DNA from: Mytilus californianus
Taxonomy: Eukaryota
DNA length: 64,000 nucleotides
Reading direction: 5' to 3'
Assembly (NCBI RefSeq): GCF_021869535.1
Contig: NW_026262690.1
Location: 24,366,001 to 24,430,000 of the forward strand
Part shown: positions 1-12,400 of the stretch, piece after piece
Layout: each line of letters starts with the position of its first letter
Position numbering within the stretch: position 1 is the first letter of the stretch
Made by a program: the position numbers and the translations under genes
The notes under the pieces: generated by a model
The model's input: the letters and a program-made list of their open reading frames with translations, nothing else
Database searches by the model: none
What the model was told of the DNA's origin: nothing

Positions 1-977
1 TGCGCAATACTGTGCAATTGAAGATTTCTTGCTATTGTGCAATACTGTGCAATTGAAAATTTCTTGCTATTGCACAATACTTATTGTATAATAATTTACA
101 CATCCTGTTTGGTGTGTATTTCCTACCATATCATTATTATTTGCTTTTAAATATAAATCAGAAATAACCAACTTAAAATGGAAAATTTTAAAAGAAAAAA
201 AAAAGGAAAAAAAGAAAAAAAAAAGAACCCCCCCCCCCCCCAAATTTTTTGAACCCCCTTATGATTCATCACCCCCAAACTCAATCCCAGCCTTCCCTTT
301 GTGGTATGGTATCTTGCAGTACAATTTCAGAGAGATCCATACAATTGAACACAAGTTATTGTCTGGAAACTAGAAAAATGCTTATTTTTGGCCCCTTTTT
401 GGCCCCCAATTCCTAAACGTTTCGGGCAATTACCCCCAAACTCAATTCCAGCTTTCCCTTTGTGATATGGAACCTTGTAGTACAATTTAAGAAATATCCA
501 AACACTTACACACAAGTTATTGTCATGAAACTAGAAAAATGCTTGTTTTTTGCCCCTTTTTTGGCCCCTTATCTTAAAATTTTGAGGCAATTACCCCCAA
601 AATCAATTACAGCCTTCCCTATGTGATATGGAACCTTGTGGTACAATGTCAGAGAGATCCATACACTTACACACAAGTTATTGTCTGGAAGTTACAAAAA
701 TGCTTATTTTTGGCCCCTTTTTGGCCCCTAATTCCTTAACTGTTGGTACCATAACCCCCAAAATCAATCCCAACCTTCCTTTCATGGTATTGAACCTTAT
801 GGTAAAATTTCATGGAGATCCATTAACTTAAACTAAAGTTAGAGTGCGAAAACTAATGTGTCTTCGGACGACGCTGGACGACGACGACGACGCCAACGTC
901 ATACCAATATACGACCAAAAAATTTTCAATTTTTGCGGTCGTATAAAAAATTTTCAATTTTTGCGGTCGTATAAAAA
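1..977 (-). mobile_element. Helentron-associated non-autonomous element (HINE/DINE-1-like), family A; 3' part runs off the window
   Basis: Reverse complement of the copies at 45867 and 59169. Terminal ATACGACCGC subterminal-inverted-repeat hairpin, (GAC)n microsatellite at about 865-895, and internal tandem repeats of roughly 155-160 bp at about 260-830. Confidence 0.7.
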
Positions 978-1462
978 TGTAATTTGCCCTTCTAATGATT
1001 CTTAAAATAATTTTTGTATTCAATATTTTGTCAAATTTACATAATAGTACATTTTTTGTACTTATATCAATCGTGGCTAATCATGTCTGTAGTCATGATT
1101 GTAACAGACATTTGTTTTTGGCCCATAAGAGTCTAAGGGCCCTCCATACTTCTTCAAAAATTCCCTACCTGATCCGGGATGATAGCATCCAAAAGCTTTC
1201 AAAATGAAAAAAATAAGTTATTCCAGCTATTCTTGTTTTTCTCAAGAATTTACATGAAGAAACAACTTGGAAAGAACTACATAAACTGGAGTGCCTAACA
1301 AAATTGTACACAGTTTTAGAGTGCCTAACAAAATTGTACACAGCTTTAAAGTATTGTCTCTGTTTGAAGTTTTATAACTGTCATGTCAACATAGGTATTA
1401 ATAAAAGGTGTGCTTTTAAAACAAAAGTAAAGTTTTTTTATCAGTGTTATTACATTTATGAT

Positions 1463-1815
1463 GGATGGCTGTTTAACGTCCAGCGACAAATTAATATGTA
1501 TATTCAGGACAAGAACATATTAATGTAATATGAATATTAATTAACCCTGCTTTGTTATAGACCGACACTCTCAGCCGCATTTTCAATGTGCTAGTTCACA
1601 AGGTAACTGTCCGCAGGAAGACATGTCACCTTACCCGGACACATTATTCGGACTCTGAGCTCACCAGTCTTTGCTCTTACTCCTTAATGCAGAGTGCTTA
1701 GCTGAGAAGCAGCAAATACCAATTTTAAAGTCTTTGGTTTGACCTGGCTGGGGTTGGAATCCACGACCTCCCTCACTGGAGGCCGACACACTACCACAAG
1801 ACTACCGAGGCAGTT
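1463..1815 (-). mobile_element. tRNA-derived SINE, probably of the bivalve Meta-domain type
   Basis: Minus strand begins with A-box-like GGTAGTCTTGTGG and B-box-like GGATTCCAACCCC. The core AAAATTGGTATTTGCTGCTTCTCAGCTAAGCAC...TTAAGGAGTAAGAGCAAAGACTGG follows, then a tail ending CTGGACGTTAAACAGCCATCCATC. Family name is from recall. Confidence 0.7.
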
Positions 1816-2978
1816 TTGCATTTATATAGAGTAAAGTCTAGATGTAAGTCTGCTCAGTGGTGTTCCACACTTCAAAAGATGTCAGATACTGCTTGTTCAT
1901 GGAATCCACATTATAAATATGAAGTAATCATTTTCATGTGATGTGACCAAATTATTGCCCTTGATTTCCCACTTGTAATTATAACCTTGATTGGTTTAAA
2001 TGGCTCTATTTTAGTATTTACAAAGTTTAGAATGACTGAAAACAGTATACATTGTACTGGTAACAAAAATGTCAAATTGGCTAATTTATTTTGGAAGCGT
2101 TGTTTGTGTCTATTAAGAGCTTTACAGAAAATGGTAAAGACACTTGTTTATTGTTGATAACTGAATGTCACCATTGCTAGAGGTCTTTACTAGATTCTAG
2201 CTTTATCATGTTTTAAGGTAGTCATCTCATTAAAGTAAGCTATACCTCTCTTTTAGTTTATATTTCTACAAAGACCTATCAAATCCCAGTTCACAATTCA
2301 ATTACAAATCACTGTTTTTTCCTTTTCATGTGCATTACATTGTGTATTGATATACTTACAAGATAAAAACATTTTATAGATACATTGTACATGTAAACCT
2401 TATCAAATGGAATACATTCCATACACAATCTTCAAATTGATAACACAGATTTCACCAACTATGATAATATTCATTTTCAAATAAATACAATCATGACAAT
2501 GCTTCCGAATCTGTTCAAATAAATAAAGTTGAATCAAAATTTGATTTGTAAATCTCATTCTCAACCATTGTCAACTAAGTGACTGAAACACTTTTTTGGT
2601 CCAAGAGTATATTTAAATTTCATTCATACCCTTTGCTGAATTGTTATAACCTGAGGGTTGATCATATGACTGGCTGCAGAAACAAATATAAAACCATAGT
2701 AAATGGAAATATATTTACCTGATATTAAAATAAGGAGATGTGGTATGATTACATATAAGACAACCATCTACCAGTGTCTAAATGACTTGATTTTAGCAAA
2801 AAAAGGTCACTGTTCAGCCTCCAACAAAAAGTCACGGACAAAAAAGTCACAATTGAGTTTTTTAGGCCATTTTTCTTTGAAAAAGAAAACACTTATTTTT
2901 TAAAATCATTTTTGTATTTTTATTGAACTATTATATACAAAGCAACTTTGTAAACATTTATTTATATCTTATTTTTAT

Positions 2979-3704
2979 GGGCAGAATCAATTTGCGCGAA
3001 CTACAGTTTTGAAAATGTATCAATTGCGCCACTCTCTATTTTTCTGATGGTATTAATTGCGCCAATAAATGGAATCCAATTGCGCCACATTTACCTGAAC
3101 TGTTTGTACTTATATCTTACATGTTACATATCCACTTTAGATTAAACAGTAAACTCATCAAAGTTAGGAAAACTCACCAATGAATAAAATATTCGGATGA
3201 TCGTTCCTTAAACCAGAATATGTGAATGATAGCTTTAGTGATGATTGAATTCCTGATATGCGAAATATTACAAAGGTAAAGAAGACTTCACTGAGAACGT
3301 ATTATCAATATATATAGAGGATAATGTGTTGTTTACTCCTTCAGAATAGGCTGAAATTCCTTCCAATTCATAAAGAACAAATAACAGACCGCAATCATTC
3401 CACTATCATTGCAACGAACAATTGTATGCTTCGCATCTGTCAATGTTTGTGTTTTTAGATACCCTGACAAAGGTTCAGGCCACGACATACATTGAAATCC
3501 GAAGTGCTGGCTTAGAAGCTGCGATAAAGGAGATGGGAAGTCAATCATTAAGTAAATATATATAAGTAAAAATAATTCACAGAATTGGCGCAATTAGATG
3601 ATTGTTTTATTGGCGCAAATGATACCTTTAGTTTTCAAAATGAAGTGGCGCAAAAGTAGCACTGGCGCAAATGAGTTCATTTTTGGCGCAAAAAGATATT
3701 GACC
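2979..3704. mobile_element. Degenerate TIR element with TTGCGCC subterminal repeats (MULE/hAT-like, unclassified)
   Basis: Clustered ATTGCGCC motifs at 2990-3090 mirror TGGCGCAA motifs at 3586-3690. Flanks ATTTTTAT / ATTTTTAA are a possible TSD. Confidence 0.5.
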
Positions 3705-5568
3705 ATTTTTAAATATATATGCAAAATGTTCGGTTTAAGACACCTTTTTTAAACATGTCAATGATTGCTGTGTTATTAACATGATTAATGTATGTCATGT
3801 ATGATTAGCCAATTTAATTATTATGAAAACAGAGATCTTAATTCAAAATGCACATTCTCAATGTGTTCTGTAGATCAACACAAAAGACTGATTTTATATA
3901 AAATGATAAAATAGACAAAACTTGCATTTTACACTTATGTTCTATTTTTTTCAAATTTATGTTAAAATGGCAAACCCATAGAAGTCTGGTTCAGGCATGG
4001 CACAAACAGACTAGAATATAATTTATCTGACTTACATGGACAATACAACTATTTTGAAAGCCCTGCTTGTACCCTCTTTCATAAATTTTGTGGGAAAATG
4101 GCTAACGTTCAAAGTCTGCAAAAATTCCTCAAACAATTCCATAGAAGCAGGTACATAATTTCAACATATGTGTAATCTTTCTGTGAAGTTTCAGGGGTCT
4201 GGTTTGAAAAACATTAGGAGTTCCCACTTTTCCCTGACCTCTCGCCCATCCATATCCGCCCAACATCACCATACTATTCATACATAAGCCAGTTTAGGAC
4301 TTCCTCAAACCCAGTCAAACATAAAAATAGCAGTGTACAATAAAAAAGGTAAAATTTTATTGATAAATATTCTGAAGCAATCATAATTGTTTTCAAATCA
4401 GGACTAATAAAAGTAGATTAAAGCATAATATGAAATAGTTTTAACTGCAATTTATTTGATAGACATGCTGAATAGTTATAACTATAAAATATTTAATACT
4501 AATTAGGGATCATTATTTTCTAAATTTAAGCAGATAATATACCTATAAAATTATATTAGGGTTGATTTAAAAAAACAAAAAAACAAAAAAACAAAGAAGG
4601 GTTAATAGTTTAAGGAGTTAAGGGAAAGAGTATTTTGCTCAGTGAGAATAATGTATCTGAATAGGGTGACAGGCATTTTTAGGGAAACAGTTTAATACCT
4701 TGGGATCTACATGTATAGCAATATAACTACAAAATGTATCTTGCTCAGCATGTTGTTTTAGTACAAAGCAAGAAATATTCATCTGGCTCATTATTTTGGC
4801 CCTGAGTATGGACGAATAGTTCCAACTGGATGTCAAGCAGCCAATAAACAATCATTACCATATAATGAAAACAACTTCTATAAATATCTTTCAGGGTATT
4901 TGTTTGGATTAGGGTTGGCAAAGTATTATCCGGCGGGAAAATCCGGTGGGAAAACTCGGCTTTTCTCGGGCTGGGCATGCGCAATACTCCTAGAAACTGG
5001 TAATACTGGCCATGGGTAATATGATTTTTCTAACTTATTTTTACACAAAATAGTAAAGACTTGTAGTTTAATAGTATTATAGCTAAATATATACATTTTA
5101 TACAGATAACCATTGATAGTCATTCCAGAAGATTGAAAATTCAATTTCTTCCTTTTCTCCACTAATTCAATGTAGACAGAATACAAGTTTTGGACATTTC
5201 AGGATACCTTGTTAATTTTCAAGCTTAAGCTTTGTTTCAATAATCCAATTTGAAACTTTTGAAAAATGCATTTTATTGCAGTGTTTAAGTGAATTGTAAA
5301 TTATAATTGTTATACAATCATATTGCTACATAAACACCCTAAGGGGACAGGCCATGAACACTAATAGAAATGAAAAGGCTGATTATTGTTATATAAACAA
5401 ATCTGTGTTATAATCTGAATAATTACTCATTAATTAGTGATGTACATAAACATATGCTAAAACTTAGTAAACATTTTTAGGAATGGACAAAAAATGTGTA
5501 AAAGTAATTTACCTTACATAGAATTGTTAATTCTTAATCATGTAATATTAGTTATATTTATTAAAAAA

Positions 5569-6865
5569 ACAAGAGTGCACACGCTGAAATGTCTCGCCTT
5601 CTTTACTAACCATTGATATTATGTTGATAGTCCTAAATATAAAGCAGGTCAAGGTCATATAAACCAAACCAGAAATATACATGCATAAATATATGTACAC
5701 CTTACAATCAATATAGTTGACCTATTGCTTATAGTTTCTAAGAAACAGACTTAACCAAGAAAACTAAACATTGACCAATGAACCATGAAAATGAGTTCAA
5801 GGTCAGATGAATCATGCCAGGCAGACATGTACAGCTTACAATCCTTCCATACAACAAATATAGTTGACCTATTACTTATAGTTTAAGAAAAACAGACCAA
5901 AACACAAAAACTTAACACTGAGAAATGAACCGTTAAAATGAGTTCAAGGTCAAATAAAACCTGAGAGACTGACATGTACATCATAAAATATTTCCATACA
6001 CCAAATATAGTTGACCTACTGCATATAGTATTAGAAAAAAAGACCAAAACTAAAAAAAATTTAACTTTGACCACTGAACCATGAAAATGAGGTCAAAGTC
6101 AGATGACACCTGCCAGTTGGACATGTACACCTTACAATTATTCCATACACCAAATATAGTAGACCTATTGCATACAGTATAAGAAAAACCGACCAAAACT
6201 AAAAAACTTTAACTCTGACCACTGAACCATGAAAATGAGGTCAAGGTCAGATGACATCTGCCAGTTGGACATGTACACCTTACAATTATTCCATACACCA
6301 AATATAGTAGACCTATTGCATACAGTATAAGAAAAACCGACCAAAACACAAAAACTTTAACTCTGACCACTGAACCATGAAAATGAGGTCAAGGAACTCA
6401 CACCTGCCAGTTGGACATGTACACCTAACAATCCTTCCATACACCAAATATACTAGACCTATTGCTTATAGTATCCGAGATATGGACTTGACCACCAAAA
6501 CTTAACCTTGTTCACTGATCCATGAAATGAGGTCAGGGTCAAGTGAAAACTGTCTGACGGGCATGAGGACCTTGCAAGGTAGGCACATACCAAATATAGT
6601 TATCCTCTTACTCATAATAAGAGAGAAATTAACATTACAAAAAATCTTAACTTTTTTTTCAAGTAGTCACTGACCCATGAAAATGAGTTTAAGGACAATG
6701 GACAAGTGACAGACGGAAACTTCGTAACATAAGGCATCTATATACAAAGTATGAAGCATCCAGGTCTTCCACCTTCTAAAATATAAAGATTTTAAGAAGT
6801 TAGTTAACGCTGCCGCCACTGGATCACTATCCTTATGTCGAGCTTTCTGCGACAAAAACAAATTA
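5569..6865 (-). mobile_element. HINE-type element (family D) with about 7 internal ~147-bp tandem repeats, nested in the hAT element
   Basis: Units recur at about 5709, 5856, 6003, 6152, 6300, 6445 and 6592. The end motif (minus) GGCGAGACATTTCAGCGTGTGCACTCTTG resembles the element end at about 41795-41830. Confidence 0.65.
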
Positions 6866-6957
6866 AATTCTTTGACACTTTGACCAGACCAATCCAGACA
6901 GAATGGCAATTATTTAGATTTTTAGAAGGAATATTAAGAAAAGCTTTTCACATGTGT

Positions 6958-7560
6958 CTTATGTGTCTTCATAAAATTGAGAATGGAAATGGGGAATGTG
7001 TCAAAGAGACAACAACCCGACCATAGAGCAGACAACAGCCGAACGCCACCAATGGGTCTTCAATGCAGCGAGAAACTCCCGCACCCGGAGGCGTCCTTCA
7101 GCTGGCCCCTAAACAAATATGTATACTAGTTCAGTGATAATGGATGTCATACTAAACTCCAAATTATACACAAGAAACTAAAATTAAAAATGATACAAGA
7201 CTAACAAAGGCCAGAGGCTCCTGACTTGGGACAGGCGCAAAAATGCGGTGGGGTTAAACATGTTTTTTTAGATCTCAACCCTCCCCCTATACCTCTAGCC
7301 AATGTAGAAAAAACAAACGTACAACAGTACTCACAGTAAAACTCAGTTTAAGAGAAGTCTGAGTCCGATGTCAGAATAGGAAACAAAAGAAAATAATACA
7401 TAAATAACAACAGACTACTAGCATTTACTGACATGCCAGCTCCAGACCTCAATTAAATTGAATGAAAGATTATGTCTTCATCATATGAATATCAGGCACA
7501 ATCCCTCCTGTTAGGGGTTTAGTATTATACCGTCATAAAATATATGACGCTTGTACACTT
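6958..7560 (+). repeat. Interspersed repeat sharing the core AGGCTCCTGACTTGGGACAGG with copies at about 18160-18690 and 37085-37960
   Basis: Shared core at about 7215, 18420 and 37340. Related 5' fragments (GATGTGGTATGA/GAGACAAC) at about 2735, 26120 and 31800. Class not determined. Confidence 0.55.
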
Positions 7561-9037
7561 GTCTTAGGGGTTGCTGGATTTATACACTTTATATAAAGAG
7601 TCTCAAACAAGTGAACTTATAAATTAAAATACTATATCTTATTTTTTTAAAATCTTTAATGTATTGCATTTGTGATAAATCATTGAATCCTCTTTAAAAT
7701 TCAGGCCAGTATTTCATATAACCCGGTAAAACCCAGTCAAACCCAGTACATGTATTTCCCACTGAGCTGGGCAATTCTCATAAAACCCGGGGTTTTTGCC
7801 AACCCGGGTTTGGATACATACACATATTTTAATTTTATTCAACATGTGTCATTTACCTAACTAACATAATTCCTCTTGTAAAACCATTGAATCTCTTTTA
7901 CTAAACTTCACCTTGAAGAAGAGTACCATGAACATATATGCATGACAAAAATGTTTTATTAGATAAATGCAGTGGTTGCTATGCTTCCTAAATATATATA
8001 TGGATTTAAATGAAAATTCAAGCAGACAAAGCTTACTTGAAGAAAATAACAAAAATTAGCTAAACCACAGTGGGACAAGAAAGTCTGGTATGGTATAGGC
8101 ACCAATAAATCAAACTATATGCATTAGGGCATCTGTTGTCCTCCTTGTTTTTCAATGAAGTACAATATAACCAAGTTATAATATGTACATAAATTGTACA
8201 ACTTCTAAATCACACAATTTAAAAAACTTTAATAAGGTCTGCCTGAAAAAAACTCATTTTAAAGGGGAAAAAAACAAAAATATTTCGCTCCATCGCCCCA
8301 TATTTTTGGAGTTGTCTGAAGAATTAGACATCAAATTGGTGTGGCATAATGCTTGAACACGACCATGCCAATTTTGTTGGGTTTACAATTCCATATCTTT
8401 CTTTATCTTTTTTCTTAAATGATTTTTTAAACTAATATAAGCTCCTCTTGCATGTTGTATTATCTCATTAGCTACATTTGTTTTTTTGTTTTGTAAATCT
8501 AATATCTTTTGGGACTTTTTTAAATATATGCTTCAACTATAGAATTTATGTAATTGTAATACATATATATTAAAATGGTGATGCTCTTAGTTAGCATGAC
8601 TGTATAAAAAACTTCAATTCTTCCTTCACAAAAAAATACGTAAACTTTTATATGCAATAACAAATACACTTAAACACACTACACATGCTTTTATCATTCC
8701 ATCAATCAAAGTTTACAGAAGCTGAGAAGCAACAAAATCATGATAAGACGAAATGACTCATTTGAAAAACATTCTAGCCTAATTGCTAAAATCAAATTTA
8801 ATTTTGAAATTACAAAACAATTAAGTGAAAAAAAGGTCTTTACCCTTTTCTAATTTGTAAATCGAAAGTACAAGTTTCTCTAAAAGTTGACAAGTGAAAG
8901 TGAAACTTGTCATGTATATTTGTGGACATCCTTTTTTAAAGAGATATCAATGAAAGGGCCAATATGCTCCTTTTGTTGATATCGTTTTTTTTTCTTCAGA
9001 CTTCAACAAATACTCATTGTTTGACATAATATTTTAC

Positions 9038-9088
9038 CTGATAAAATGCTCCATTTGCCCCGCAAACTTCTACCACAAGGTTTTCCAT
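9038..9088 (-). CDS. FMR1: Fragile X messenger ribonucleoprotein (FMR1/FXR family) homolog, coding exon 1
   Basis: Translates MENLVVEVCGANGAFYQ, then a phase-0 GTAAAA donor. Matches human FMRP exon 1 (MEELVVEVRGSNGAFYK) in sequence, 17-codon length and intron position. No exon 2 found in 1-9037. Confidence 0.85.
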
Positions 9089-9434
9089 TTTGAACACAGG
9101 GAATGATGGGAAATTTATGTATTTTCCACGCTCTCTTTATATCTTACACAGTCCTGAAGTTAAAATGCAAAAGAATAGAAGTTTGTGGTCGAAACTCATC
9201 AATTCTAATCAAAATTAAACTATAATCTGAACGAAAAAAGTACGGAACATCGACTTTCAGGGAGCATTTCCAGAAATCTAAGTTATTCGGATTGTCTCGG
9301 ATTTTTCCCTTGACTTCTAAATAAACCCCGAGAAAAACTTTTGTACTTCCTTTTTTGGATTATTTTAGCAGAAATGACAACACACAGTTGTTGATATCAG
9401 TAAATAATGTTTTCAGTCCATTCCAGGTGACAAA
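9089..9434. promoter_or_regulatory. Putative shared bidirectional promoter / 5' UTR region between the FMR1-like and WDR44 start codons
   Basis: 346-bp interval between divergent ATGs, locally richer in CpG than the flanks. Transcription starts are not determinable from sequence. Confidence 0.55.
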
Positions 9435-9493
9435 ATGTCGTCCGATAGTGAACTAGAAGAATTTTATGACGCGGAAGAAGCAACACCAAAGCG
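9435..9493 (+). CDS. WDR44: WDR44 exon 1
   Basis: [19 protein letters not shown](R), like human MASESDTEEFYDAPED (FFAT-like). Donor GTATGG, phase 2. Confidence 0.9.
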
Positions 9494-12400
9494 GTATGGA
9501 TTGGGTTTATTAGTAAAAAATAATGCTAAACATTTGTTTTTGTAAAGAGCAATCTCTACTCTAGTTGTTTTTGAATCCCTGATATCTCGGCCTATAACAA
9601 ACTCGGCCTATATTATAACATAATAGGCCTCACAAAATCGGACTATAACAAACTCGGACTACTAGAAGAATATAAGTATGATGTTTGATGTTGTTTTCTT
9701 TATTGGAAATTAATTATCAATACTTAATTTGAAATTAATTATGATTTACAATACACCTTATCGCTATTTGTCCGCCATTACTGGACATCACACAGGTTCC
9801 CGTAAAATTTTGACGTCACAATACAAAATATCTGACGCCACAATGGAAAAGTGATTGTTGTATGACGTCAAAAGTTCAAGCGGGACAGATTCTCGGGTCA
9901 GCCGGGAATAGTGATAAGGTGTATTAATTAAATAAATTACATTAAAAAGTTATGTATAAAAAGAAAAGTAAGAATACATTCATGTAATAATGAAAATCTA
10001 CCACTTATTTGTCTTTTCTATATTAATATTTGTAATAGCTATATAGTGTCCCTCTCAAAATAAATTTATTTGATTGAACTGGAAATATGACATCATACTA
10101 CGTGTATCGTTGACACCTTTTTAATCACCCAAGGGAGAACAAAAATACGGTACCTGTAATTACATGAAGTTGTAATTAACTAAATATCCAGTGACTTCGC
10201 AGTAACAGCTTGTGTATAACTGACGTTTTCATGTTCTTTGTTCTTTTTTTTTTTATAGTTTGATTACAATTCTTGTAATTATAAGACAGTGTAGTGAATA
10301 ATATGTTTCTGATCATACTTTTATTGGTTGAATCTCAGTGTAATTTATTTGTACAATGTAATACTATGTAATACTAAAGAAAACATAAGGTTTACAAATT
10401 TTATTTCAGCAGATGTCAACAAACATAACAATGATTTCGTCATTCAAAAATATTGAATTACATACGAATAATATGAAGCATATATAAAACACATAAAGCA
10501 CATTTAAAACTCAAAGGCATTTTGTCATCATCTCTAAGACAGACACCATGCAGATATAAATAGTCATTGTCAAAGCACATTTAAAGCATACATAGCACAT
10601 TTAAAACATACATAGCACATTTAAAACACAGCTATCACATACAAAAAATTCATAGCACATACAGAATTCCTAGTCATATCTTAATATATAAAAGACAACA
10701 TGGAAAAATAATGTTATTGTCAAGAAGCAGAATCATAAACATAGGCAGGAGTAATTAACAGGTAGTCGTTGGACGGACCGTAGATGTTGCCACACTCGCG
10801 AAGTAGCCGGGATGCTGTTATGTCACCTTCTGTATACTGGTCCCAAAAATTATGAAGACGACCTTCCAGCTCCTTGTAGCGAATACATTGGTTCCTGATG
10901 ACCTGTTCTTCAGAAACCAAGCGAACAGTGAGAGCAACAAGCTTGGATTCCCGGTGAAGCGCCAGTACCAAGACGTAGAAGGCGGCATTAGCTTTCCTGA
11001 TGTCGGAGTTGATCCTTGTGTGCCAACCTAAAATAGAATAAGAAAAGATGTAACGTCGTGTGATTACATGTTGCTTTGTTGTCACTTTTCTGGAACACTT
11101 GACGCAGTGATCGTTACCCATGTTGACAATGATATTGGAAATTTTTTTCATGTTATTTTATAGAACTATTTGGTAAGATCAAAGAAATCTCTGTTGTTTT
11201 TTCAATTTTACTCCAAATCTATTTTATGACACTTATGTACAAACATTTCTAAAATCTAAATGTTAAAAGAATTAATTAAACAAGTCATTTTTAGTCTATA
11301 GTCTATATTGTAAAAATTCAAATGGCGGACAGGAATTTTCCTTGAATACCTGCATGTCGAAGTTTATACCACAATAGGTTTCTAGACACTGAATCAAACG
11401 CCTTCCTCATATCTATAAAACTGACGAATGTAGACTGTTTTGATGTTGTTCTGTTTGATATAATTGAAGTCAGGCTATATATATGCTCTTTACTACTGCG
11501 TTTTGGACGAAAGCCATTTTGTTCCTCACACAGAATATCGTTGTCCTCTAACTGCTTACATAAACATGAATTCAAGACACTTCAGTAGATTTTGCTCGGT
11601 ACGGATGTCATCGTAATTCCCCTAAAGTTTGTTGGGAGGCGTTTATCGTTTGTTCCCGGTTATAATATGGGGTTTACAACTCCAGATGTCCACTGTTCAG
11701 GCACTTTACCCAGTTCAAAACAACCATTGCATATGACATACAATAAGTCGATCGCACTTTCATTCTTAAGCACCTCTCACTGATGGAATTTCATCATATC
11801 CGGCTGCTTTGCGTAATTTCTATTGTTCTTCCCATAATCTCCCATGTAGGAATAGCCAGAATAGTAAAATACAAAATGTAGGAATAGCCAGAAGACACCG
11901 TTAAGAAGCCATTCACTGTCAATCAAATTTCTCTTTGTTTGTATACTAATTATAAACACCAAGGATTAAACACAAGACAAACAAGCACACACGCCAATCA
12001 TTAAAACACCTTTTGCCAATAAACATAACAAACGAGAAAATCACAATAATATTTCAAATAGAAGTATATTATCCTCATTCAAAAATATCAAATTCAACTC
12101 ATATAACACATATTTTATATGATGGATCTAAGTTTATTTTAATACATTTCTATATTATATTGTTTTTTCAAAAATATCTATCATTATCTCATAAATTCGC
12201 ATATAATATTTTGTAGATAATTTTTTTTTAAAGTCAGAAAAAAAAAACCCTCAGAAAAAAAACCCCGTTAACAACACAATCTACTAATCATAGTCCGAGT
12301 TTGTTCAATATATTTCTGCATATAAATAATGGTAGGCCGAGTTTGTAATAGTCCAAGTTTGTTATAGTCCGATTTTGTGATAGGCCGATTTTGTTTTAGT

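Larger units (their letters stand above)
4910..7807. mobile_element. Non-autonomous hAT element carrying nested insertions
   Basis: TIRs TAGGGTTGGCAAA (4910) and TTTGCCAACCCGG (ends 7807). Perfect 8-bp TSD GTTTGGAT at 4902-4909 and 7808-7815. Confidence 0.8.

Noticed and set aside
1740-1815. tRNA gene
   Set aside because: The A and B boxes are degenerate and continue into a SINE body; no full cloverleaf is evident.
2630-2673. Minus-strand 44-nt segment with good splice signals as FMR1 exon 2
   Set aside because: In the phase-0 frame required by exon 1 it reads CCA GTC ATA TGA (stop), and no frame resembles AFVKDVHED.
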